64,000 nt of DNA, from the NCBI GenBank assembly GCA_020137815.1, contig CM035354.1:6386001-6450000 (forward strand), written 5' to 3'. Of the stretch, positions 51,001-63,000 are shown piece after piece. How positions within the stretch are numbered: position 1 is the stretch's first letter; each line of letters starts with the position of its first letter. The position numbers and the translations under genes were made by a program. Below the pieces are notes generated by a model. That model searched no databases and was not told the DNA's origin. It saw only the letters and a program-made list of their open reading frames with translations. Source of the stretch: Hormiphora californensis. Its lineage: Eukaryota; Animalia; Ctenophora.

Positions 51001-54000
51001 TGTGGCTGCACAGGATCTGGGTGCACGTGTAGTGGAGCAGCATGTGGGTGTACCGGTCTTGGTTGTGCTTGCTCGGGATCCTCTTGTACAACAGCTGTAG
51101 CAGTTGCTAATTGTGTTACCGCGGGAACCTGTGCTTGTACTGGGGCTGGGTGTTCCTGTGGTGCTGCTACTTGCGGCTGCGTGGGTACCGGCTGTGCCTG
51201 CAGTGGATCTAGTTGTAGCTGTGGCTCTGCTGGTTGTGCGTGTAGTGGCGCTAACTGTGGGTGTACCGGTTCTGGTTGCGCCTGTTCCGGTGCAGGATGT
51301 GGTTGTGTTGGGGCTGGTTGCGCCTGCTCAGGAGGATCTTGTACAACAGCCGTGGCTGTTTACAACTGTGTCACGGCCGGTACATGCTCCTGTACTGGCT
51401 CAAGTTGCTCCTGCGGGGCTGCTACTTGCGGCTGCGTGGGTACCGGTTGTGCCTGTAGTGGTTCTAGCTGCAGTTGTGGCTCTGCTGGATGTGGTTGTTC
51501 TGAAGCTAATTGTGGTTGTACCGGTTCAGGATGTGCGTGTAGTGCAGCCACGTGTGGCTGTGTTGGAACTGGTTGCGCCTGTTCAGGGGGGTCTTGTACA
51601 ACAGCTGTAGCAGTTGCTAACTGTGTTACTGCGGGAACCTGTGCTTGTACTGGGGCAGGATGCTCCTGTGGTGCTGCTACTTGCGGCTGCGTGGGTACCG
51701 GATGTGCCTGCAGTGGATCTAGTTGCAGTTGTGGCTCTGCTGGATGTGGATGTAGCGGCGCCAACTGCGGCTGTGTGGGTAGTGGTTGTGGTTGTAGCGG
51801 TGCAAGTTGCGGCTGCACAGGTTCAGGGTGTGCATGTACCGGGGCAAGTTGTACCATGGCAGTAGCTGTGGCCGGTGGGTGCTCTGGAGCTGGCTGCTCG
51901 TGTGCCGGCAGCTCCTGTGGGTGTACCGGCGCGGCATGTGGTTGTACCGCTGCCACATGTGGATGCAGTGGTTCCAACTGTGCATGTAGCGGATCTGGGT
52001 GTGCCTGTGGGTCTGCTGGTTGCGGGTGTACTGGCGCTAACTGCGGGTGTACCGGGTCTGGCTGTGGTTGCAGTGGGACAGGTTGTACTTGTGCAGGAGC
52101 AGGATGTGCGTGTACGGGAGCTGATTGTTCCTGTTCCGGTGGTGGCTGTGTTTGTATTGGACCGGCTTGCACTATTGGAGCAACCTCTCTTGGCTTCAAC
52201 TGGTGGTACTTGTTAGCAATTGCTGCCGGCCTGGCGCTCCTCTCTGCTCTCACCATTCTTATTCTGGTTCTGTGCGGATGTTGCAAGATCCATTCTGTTC
52301 CCTGTCCTATTGGTGGAGGTAAGAAAGGAGGTGGTAAACCTGGTAAAAGGGCTGCGAAGAAGGGTAAAAAACCAGGAAGGAGGAACAGGAAGAAGTACTC
52401 TGAAGTGGATTCTAATGGTTCTGGTTCTGATTCCAACTCGTCCTCTTCCTCTTCATCATCTTCGTCGAGTAGCTCATCTTCTTCTTCTTCGTCGAGTAGC
52501 TCATCATCAAAATCAACAACTTATGTTTAAACTCAGATTGTATTGATGAGAGCCCTGATCTCAGAGTTGATTGAACTTAAATCTAACATATAAAGCCAAT
52601 TGGCAAAATTACGTTTTGATCCGTGATGGAAGATAAAGTACATGTACGATTTGAAAGGTACAAAGTATTAATAAACTAATATTATGTTTGGTAGACTAAT
52701 CTATTATTATTCATTTTTAGAAGCTTTGTAATCTATTACTATTCATTTTTAGAAGCTTTGTTTTATTCGTGTAAGTCATTGCCAAATGTTTGAACCTCTG
52801 TCTCTATGTCCCCCTATCCCACCAACACCCCACCATCTATATGCAACCCACCAATGTCTATAACTTACCCCAATGGCAGTTGGGTCAACACTTTGAACCA
52901 GTAACACCACACACTTGTGCCTTTCCTTATAATCCGTCATGTACCTCTGGATGGCCCTGGCAGTTGCCTTCGTGCTTCCTTCAACCCTGACCTGATGGAA
53001 AATGGAGTAAAATATTGCTCTTCCGCGTTAGAAAAAGCCCTGATTTTGGTTGTGCTGCGGGAGAGGATTAGAGCCTAGAAGATCCAAAAAAATAAATGAG
53101 GACAGTGATAGATAATATTAGAGAACGACTAAAAATCGGGTTGATGCTCAACCAACCGAACTCCGGAACTCTCCACGATTGTAAACATGACCTAAACTCC
53201 TCTCATTAACACATTACACATGTCACATACCTCAAATCTCATGTCCTCAGGGGGAGGGTAGTTAGCGATATCTGATGATAGTTCCCCGTACACCTGTTTG
53301 TAATGATTTCCCAGACTACCCACGCTGTTAGTTTTGGAGGTGTCTGTTACGAAGAGGGTTCCCTTGTGTTCCGCTCCACTCATTATTGCCACCATACCCC
53401 GTCCACCTGACATGCCTATCTCGTACACATACAGGTACTGCGGAAATGGGGGGTCAGGGTGAATAATACTGTAGTCAATATTATGTTGGAGTGACAAACT
53501 ATACAAACCTGAACGGTGGACAGATAGTTGACTTCGGCTTCCGATTTGAATTGTAGTGTCTCAAGTTCGAAGACATCGCTAGTGTCGCCAGTTAAACTTC
53601 TCTCCCGGGCGTGGGATCGGTCCACCCCGCACACACAACCCAGTTGAACAAGCAGTCTGAAGAGTGGTGTCATGCCCGTCTCGTAGACTCCCTCAATGTC
53701 CGGGCCAGCCAACTCTGTCGATATTTCACCTGCAGCGAAGAATTGTAATGTCCTTGATTTCGGCCTTATCAATCACACAGTATCAGATGCAGTAGCTCCT
53801 ACACATTTCTGTCTAGCTTGTGCAATACTTAACAACAAAGGACTGCACGAGCGCAGGTTATATATCCCTACCTGCCTTGCTCGACCCTGTTGTTTGAAAA
53901 ATAAAAAGTGTTTGAACCAAACAAATCCCTACCGGCATGCTCCTGGAAAATCTCCTCAGGTACTGTATACTCGTAGAGGTAGATCACGGGCACGGACCGG

Positions 54001-57000
54001 GGTAACAACCGGCTACACTTTCGCCAGAGAACACCCGAGTCTGTGTCTTTGGGCTCGCGGCAGTTCACGTAAAATGTTCGGGGAACAGTCACCTTGGGAA
54101 ACAGAAGTTAATATCTTTCAAACAAAACTTCTCAAATGAACGTCGAAGTGGTGGTCATTTAATTGGTCATTTAATTCGTTCAGCGTGTTAAGCAAAAGTG
54201 CTGTTTCTGACATAAAATGATCTGTTTCTTATAACACACTATGCTGTCTTATAATAAGGGAAAACCACGTGTAAACACCGCTTCTCTTCCCTCTCTCATC
54301 TAACTCATACAACTTTCCTCTCTCAACTAACTCACACTCCACCATTGGCATCCGCATTTTGCACGTGTACCACTTGAATTATAATGACACTGACAGACGA
54401 ACAGAGATGTGATAGCTGACAGCAATAAAAATGTCTATCTCTCTTTCTAATTTTCCTCACCTTGACCTGTTGTATGCTCCCTCCAATAGAGACCCACAGC
54501 CGAAACAACCCTGGTGTATCCAACTGGACCACCTCGATGACCTCCCACACCCCACTGAGGAGACTCTTGAGGCCCTGCCTAACAAAACCATCCATGGTGG
54601 TACCGGTCCTCGCTGGTTTCTCTCCCCCGCCCCGGGCCACCACCTTCCCTGAGTTTGCCCTGATCTGCTTTTGTAACTTCCACTTCTTCTTGTGGAAGGA
54701 CAGCCAGGATTTGAACTGGGCTGCACCTTCTTTGAATATTGGCGGGTCACCCAATTTGTCTCTCCAGTGGCTAGGAACCTCGTCAGTAGATCGCTGTCTT
54801 TTTGTCTGTTGCCGTTTGTCTGCTGCAGCAGTGGTAGGGGTTGTGGTTGAAGCGGTTTTGGGTTGGTTGTTGGTCAGTGATTTGAGGGGAGCCCTTTTGA
54901 AGACCTCTGTGAGTTTTCTCTGTTGATGGCTATCGTTCTTCTCCCGTACCATCTTGTACAGCCAGTCAGGGTGTTGGACCCGTGGTACTGGATTACTGAC
55001 ACCTGAAAATGGAATGCTTCGTTAGCATGGATTCTGAAATGATGTTATCGTATAACACCACCACCATAACAGTCGGAAGTACTTCTACTGGTGTACTATT
55101 TCTAGTGCGTGATAGTGAACATTTCTCTTGGAGCTAAACACTCTGATCTGACAGGTGTTTTTGTTGTTGAGTAAACACGATTTCAAATAGACTAAATTTA
55201 AACCAAAAGTATGACATTATGAATTTTAAAATTACAGTTCCAATCTCTTCTTGTCACAGGGACACATCTCTTCCTGTTACAGTTCCAATCTCTTCTTGTC
55301 ACAGGGACACAGCTCTTCCTCTACAGTTCCAATCTCTTCTTGTCACAGGGACACAGCTCTTCCTTTACAGTTCCATTCTCTTCTTGTCACAGGGGCAGAG
55401 CTCTTCCTCATCATCCTGCTTGCCATAATCCGTAGCCGGATCAGCCTTCCTCCACTCGCTCTCTCCTGTTGATACCAGTATAGGGTACCTAGAGTTGTAG
55501 AACAATCGACACCTGCTGTCGTATCCACGGGCGAGTTTAGCAAATCCCTTGTCTCCCCAATCAGCTCCCCACGAGTTCTTTATCAGGTAGTAGTCAGGAG
55601 TGTATCCTACCCCGGTGACAGCGTGGTTATCTATGTAATTACACGTTTTGTCTGTCAAAATACCCCAGGCGTAGTTGGTGAAGCGGTCAGTCGCTACGAT
55701 CGTCATGGCGATGGCACCCTGACCTAAGGCAGCAAGATTATAGCTCTCAAATCCTCTGATAACCTTATAATCATCAATCCGAGCTGCGACGAGAGAGTTC
55801 TCTGTGTTTCGTTGCAGACAGGAGCCTCGTGCACCTCGGTAAGGGTAATCGGAGGTGCCAGCCAAGTGTTTCTTCCGCCTGGCATGGTCGAAGCAGTGGT
55901 AGATCCGGCCGTGGTTGCATCCCTTGTAAGGATAAGTGGAGGCACAATCAATACATTCCTGCTCTGCAAAGTTCCTCAACACGCCCGTCTCCATGGCATA
56001 CCGAGTTTCCAGACTTCCAACTGCGGCAAAAGCCCACCCCGATCCACACGATCCTTGATCTTTGACGGGGGTGACCTTGTCTAGCCAGAATAACCGACTG
56101 GGGGCCTTCAGGTTCATCATTTTAGGGGGTTCTTCCTCATCCGAACCGGCTGGTTGCTCACTTCCAGTCCTGTTTAATCCAATGCGACTTTCCTTCTCCG
56201 CACTAGTCATGGCGGAGAATTTGTTGAGTTCAAAGTGAGCTTTCTCTCCCTTGACATCATTCAGCTCGGCGACATAGTGAGCGTTCTGTTTAAACAACCT
56301 AAACCTCAATCCGTCCTCTTCTGCCGAGTTATATTGGAGATGTTGATCTCCCTTGAACTTCCGGTACAGCTGCAGAGTCTTCATAGGGCTGCGGAGGATG
56401 GTCTTGAGTCCATCGTCTGTAGCCTGGGTCAGAGCGAGCTGGGAGAGTAGTATTAACAGGAGCTTCATATCTTCTCGGGTGGAATTGTTGAAGAGAATAC
56501 CGCTCAGTATTTTTATATACACGAGTTTCAATTGTGAAGATCTGGACGAGAAGTGTGAATCATATTTGTTTTTTGCTAATTGATTTTCCTGGAAACTCCA
56601 TCTTTGTTTCTGTTCACCCTGTTGAACTCTTCAAGACAAGGCTTAAGACCCGGCTATTTAAGGAAGCTTTCGTTGATCCAGAGAGCAGTAGCACCTGAGT
56701 CATCTCGTCTTTGGGTCACTGGTTCTGTTCTGGTCTGGGTTTAGTGTTCCCCTTAGGCAGACGTTTATTTAGACAGTGTTATTCCTCATTACATTTACCG
56801 GGCTTGCAGTAATAGCTGCTGACTTTGTAATAGCTTTGAGAGCTGCTGTCTTTGAGTAACATGAGAGCTGCTGACTTTGTAATTTAGCTTATTCAGTGTG
56901 AGAGCATTTTTATGCCTATCTAAGTTGGTTCGTATTTTATGAGGCCCGTATTTTCATCAATAAAAGTCTATCTATGGTGTGTTTAAATCCAGATTTTAAT

Positions 57001-60000
57001 AGTGTGTGTCATAAGTAAGGAAGGTGTTATAATTTAGGTATACCGCTCTGACGCTGAGCAGTGTCAGTCAAAATTCAGTTTGCTGGCCCTGTTTTGCCTG
57101 GGCGGTATACAAAAACTTATATTATTATTATTATTATTATTATTTGTTTCTGGGGACATAGGTGCAAGATACTCAATTAATTCTTCTTGGTAACGAAGTA
57201 ATTTCATTACTAAGAATTTTTCCAGGTACAGATACAACTTGTTACTTTAGAGTCTACTCTAGCTCTAGGAATGGAAACTTTTCTAGCACTTCATTCGTCA
57301 ACTCTTATTGTTATCTAGCAACCCTCACACGTTAGATTTAATTGTTGAAATTAACACACATCAACCATCTGGTGATAACTATGATCGAGGAGGACACGTA
57401 CTGAACTTTTCAATTGTGGAAGGTCTGGAAACGACATTGGTTCTGATTTGAGTGATTCGCCCGATGGGGAACCTGTTTGAAACAGAACCATACACAGCTA
57501 CTCAAATATAACATGTACCTTGTAGAGCGGCGGGAATGGTGATGATCTTCATGATGGCGCTACCAAATCTCTCTATGTAGTAATCCCAATCCAGGATATC
57601 CCGGATATCAAGGCTCACCTCCCCAGGTGCCTTCATCCACCTTCTCAGGTAGTACTTCTTAACCGCTGGTTCAGCCTGGAATATTAGGTGTTGGGAATTC
57701 ACTTGCAATAGAGTTCTCGCTCTTGTGTACCTATAACTTCAGCTTCAGTTACTCACACTGTATCATACCTGAACCCATCACACGGAAGACAGTTTGTTGA
57801 AAAGTATGTTTTCACAATTCAAGTATTCACCTGGAAAATAGCAACAGGAATGGCTCTCTCTGTCACGGGACTTCCCTCCGGTTTTCTCGCAATAATAAAT
57901 TTGCAGTTCAGTCCCTTATCCTTTGTCATTTGGTCCCCGAGGAACTCTGCAATCCTCTTGGCGGTACTGATCGATGTGCTCTTTTGGTCTCCGTACTCCT
58001 CCAGTTTCCGTGACATTGATCGCTGGGAGCTGACCAGGTCGAATAACTCTTCATCAGGGAGGTTGGCTGCCCGAGAGTACAGGATGTCTAGCCAGTAGTC
58101 AGCTACCTGGATGAGGGTTGCCGGTTGGGTTGTTAACTTGATCAGGGATCAAGGATCATTGGTACAACCACTGCAGGCACCATGGTGCTTCAGTGGTGCA
58201 GCAGGGGTTGTTGTTATGGTGATGTCATCGTGTTACCTTAGCAACCGAACCGTAGCAGGTTTCCAAGTTGTTTCCATCAAGGAAAGCGCTAAAAACTGAA
58301 CTTTGGAAGTTTTTGATCAACCCTAGCTCTCCCCTTCGTTTCAGCTCAAAACCCTTCAACTCGGCTAAACTGCCATCAAAGTTAAACACAGCGTATCTCT
58401 TTTTCAGTTTCTTTCCCTCCTCTTTTGCAGCTGGCAGGATCATAGCCTGGTAGGGTCCGTCCACCTCAAAGAAGATACTGTTCTCCGACTTGATGCTGAA
58501 GGGGAAGGTTAATTAGTGACGTCACTATCATGGTGGTTACCATCGTTACCATCGTTACTAACGGGTTGTTACCTGTAACTAAGGGTCGCTGGATCCTCAA
58601 GGTCGTGATATTGATCGTTAGTAAAGTGTTTGAAGACCATGACGTTGAGCATTGCACCAGGATACGATATGGTGAGCTTCTGCTTCCTTGGATCTGTATA
58701 GAAGGTTACGAGTAAGTTAACTCAAGTTTTAATTGATTAATTAAAGCAGAAATTACGAATAAAATATGTCCATCTAACTAATATTCTCACCCGGGTGGTT
58801 GGTTTTAATTTCGTAGTTCTCAGGAAATGACCCGGGAAGGCAACACCAAATCCCATCCGTATCGAGTTCGAGAGGTCGACCAATCTCGTCAATGATTTCC
58901 CTCGCTTTCTTGATGATGTTAGCTCCTGAGAAATTGATAGATAGATATGTATATAGATAGTTAGATAGATAGACAGAAAGATAGACAGAAAGATAGATGG
59001 AAAGATAGATGGAAACTCATCCTACCTGTGTAACAAACTATACCCGCCATTTCCATCGAATACCACCGGGCGCCCTTCCTCATCACATAACCGTAGAATG
59101 AATTCAGGATGCACTTATGGGCCAGCTGTAGAGAATCGTAAAGTACCACCTGCCCTGCTAGTCTCTTTATCTCCACAGGATCGCCTTTCTTTACTGCTTC
59201 ACCGTGCTTCTTTCCAGCCTGCATGAATTCAACATGTGAAACAGGGTTATCTTTATTCCGAAACATGACTTCTAAATGTTGTTGTTGGAAGGGTAACTTA
59301 TTTTCTACAAAACAAGAATTATTGCATTATGTATTCATAATGCTGTGTTTCCCTGCCCTACCGTTTCACATGTCAGTGACATTGTCACTGCCAACAGGAT
59401 CAAGGCTTGGTCATAATGTAATGTGAGATGCATACGATCTAGCTGTCAGTGTCAGTATACTTCTCACATAGCTTAGAGTTAGCTAACTCCCAATCACATG
59501 ACACTTGCTAACCAGCTTTTGACATTCCAACTTAACTACTTATCTAACATCTCACACTCGACTCGCAAGATGAAAATGTGTATGTAACACGCGAAACGCG
59601 CGGCAGAGCATTTCATGTTTTGTTGAGTGGCGCGCGCACACACGTCCATCAAACTGTGTCAATGAGGTGTTTGATGAAGGAGTAGCTCGTCACTGTGCGC
59701 GCGGCTCTAGTTGCTACACCGTTGCCCTCGCAACGAAAGTGTGACCAAAAAATGTCCCTCTACCGATTAGTTAGTATACCAAAATGTCGTTTTCGAATTC
59801 TAACCCTGCTATGCCTTTTTACAAAGTAAAAAGGCATCCGGGTGAATGCCTCCGGCATTCACCCGGGCAGGGAAAAAATGATCACATTGTTTTATAGCCT
59901 GATAAAATCATCTGTTCATTTTTCGCTCCTACTGATGCGAGATATGGATTGGTATGAATCACTCTTCCGCCGGTCCGATAGAGAATTATGTACAGACCTG

Positions 60001-63000
60001 TTTATTGAGTGCTTTGTACTCGTAACGCCTATCCCTGAAGGACCGGACCGTGTTGATATAGAATGGGTGCTCCCTTTGGCATATCGTACTTGCTCTGTCT
60101 TCCGTTTTAGTTATCTTAACCTGCAGGTGAGCGGGTGAGAGGAAGAATGAGACCATGGGGGAGGAGGAGGGTTGTAGGAGAGATGGAGAGGGAGTGACTC
60201 AACCTTCCACTATCACAGTATTCTAGCAAACTAAATTCTAACCACCGTTAGATCTAGCAATATGTTGACAACATATCTCTTCCTACTTCTTCCCACCGCT
60301 TCAACCGGGGCTGATATCGCTCTCAGTATCAGTGAGGCTACTGCTAGAACAGTCTACAGAGACGACGGTCGAGAGGGCCCGAACTGGGCCTTGGATGGCG
60401 ATACTAGCACGTTCTATCACTCTGGAAATGACAGCCGACCAGAATGGCTGAAACTTACTCTTGCTAGAGGAGGCAATGTTCAAAAAGTTGAAATAATCAG
60501 CAGGTAAACGGGGAGGGGTACAGGTAAGCGGGGAGGGGGTACAGGTAAACTGCCCACTCCATACTGTCTTTCTGTGAACCATTTCGCCCACCATTTCAAT
60601 AAAATTTATCGCAACAAATGATTTTGTTTTACTCTTAGGTTGGATAGACCTAAGCGACTTCTTGGTACGACAGTTAACCTCATTGGACCTTTCACCACAA
60701 CAATCTGTGGGACTATCAACTCAGTTAATAAACTCGATTTCGTGGAAGCCCAGACCTACACAGTTCCCTGTCCTACTACCAAGGAACTGACTCTCGCCGT
60801 TTTTCTTTACGATGATATGATGAGCCCGGGCTCTGACACGAAATTAAATTTTCTTGTCATGAACATAGCAGAGGTCACGGTCTATGGATCGACCGCGGTG
60901 CTGTCAGGTATTTTGTTTTCTTCGAATATTCCTGCCTCACTTCTTTCAACTTTCTTGGCTTTCTAGTATAACTCCAACTACTCCTTCTTTTAACGGATGT
61001 ACTGTACATCATGTACAGCTATTCAGGCGACTCAAGTGTAGAACAATTCAATTTAAATATGTAACCAAGATATCCAACAAGCTACAGTCGGACCCCGATT
61101 TAACGGCCCCCGATTTAGCGGCACCCCGATTTAACGGCAGGATAAATTTCCCACAAAAATTTTTTGAAATTTTTTTATGAATTTTTTTTTTTAAATTTTT
61201 CAAAGGTGTATCAACCACGTCCGAATCGTGTTTCGAATCGATGCATCTTATTGCATGTCTTGGTAATGAAATTCCCCCTCTGCGCTAGCTCACGGAGGGG
61301 TAATAATATCGCTTGTACGGCGGGAAAAAAATTCCTGTGTCCAAACTACAAAACAGAAAGTTCTAATTTTTTGAACATACCGAGGAAATTGTCTGAGCTA
61401 CCATTACATACCGGAATTTTTCGATATTTTGGCCATTAACACTGTTTTTGTTTTTGGAAAACTATGAAGATGCTGGAATTTGGCTACAAAAACCTTCAGA
61501 AATGTGCAAAATGCCATTCCAAAGGTATTAGAGGTGGATTCATTGATAACTAAGCTATAGTCGAGTCAGAAAAAATTCCACAAGATTGGAATTTTATGCC
61601 CATATAAGGAGTTATGCGACACACCTCTGTTGTTAAACATGTGGTGTAATCGCTACCGGTCGTTACTTTCTGTAGAATTCAGGTCCTGGTTACTATACAA
61701 ACTAGTACCATACGTTTTAGATAGGTTTTAGACAAGTTTTCGATAACTTTTTATGAGAAGGTCCCGTAAATTTTCATTTTTAGGTAGGCGGTATTGTCAC
61801 CCCTATATGCAATAATAGGGGTGACTTCGTAACCAATTGCATGTCTTGCCGGTAATTAGACAGTTCGAAGCGAACAGATATGTGATCCCCATGGGGCCCA
61901 TCGAATCGCAAGTTATCCGAGCGTCAAAATTGCGATTCAATGGGGATCACGTGTCGGTTCGTTTCGAACCGTCTAATTAGCGACAGGGCGTGCGATAAGA
62001 TGCACTGATTCGAAACACGATTCGAACGTGGTTGATAAACCTTTGAAAAATTTTCAAAACTTTTTTTGCAAAATTTTACAGAATGATTGTCAATGCTTTG
62101 ATCGGTGCTCCCTATGAATTTTCAGAGAAAAAGATATTTTGAAATTCGAATTCTTCCTCACCCCGCTGAAAGTGCCCTGATTCGGTATGGTATCACGTAT
62201 CGGTTCGTTTCGAACCGTCTAATTAGCGACAGGACATGCGATAAGATGCACTGATTCGAAAAACGATTCGGTCGTGGTTGGTAGTAGTGTACCTTAGAAA
62301 ATTTTTCATAAATTTTTTCGAAATTTTTTTAAATTATTTTCCTTTTCTAATCAGAAATGATTATATAATGGACATTGCATTTTGATTTAACACTTAGAAG
62401 TGTTTTAGTATAGCATTTTGGACAAAAATAGGGTTTTATGGACCAAATAGGCTCTACCCCGATTTAACGGACACCCCGATTTAACGGACAAAACCCTTTC
62501 CCCCGAGGGTGCCGTTAAATCGGGGTCCGACTGTATTTGTTGTTTTGTTGCCGCGGGGGGAAGTTTGTATGTATGTATAGATCGTGTATCTTACCCTTCC
62601 ATAGGCACGTTTGCAGTACTCATTAAGCCTCTTCTTGGCAACCTCGGCCCGCTCAAGGGGAGGCAACTCATGGAATGTTTTGGGAACCCCCTCTGAGCTC
62701 TTCGTAACCACTCTCTCGCTCTCCAGCTGCTGCACGATACTTTGATACTCGGCCCTGGAGGCGGGAGAGAAGTCACCCCTCCACTTCCAGTCCATAGTTC
62801 TCTGGCACCTGCACAAGGAATTGGGTTGTGTGGTGCGGGATGTGAAACAGCTGTATAGACTTGTCTCAATCAGACAGGTCGTTTCCCTCACTTTATCTCT
62901 CTCAACCTATTTTTCTCCTTCACTCAAAAACACGGTAGGAATTACGAAAAGTGCAGCACTGCCGGTACCTTGATGAGGGTTTGTTGAAATCACATGCAGC

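Noticed and set aside
50406-52436. Long minus-strand Pro/Gln/His/Ala-rich ORFs (206 and 358 aa) and alternative-frame Val/Leu-rich ORFs
   Set aside because: Shadow frames of the Cys/Gly repeat exon; the plus frame carries the signal peptide, splice continuity and TM helix.
55365-56468. Calling the cathepsin-like gene a silicatein
   Set aside because: Silicateins have Ser at the nucleophile position and a Ser-rich cluster; this protein has Gly and no such cluster.
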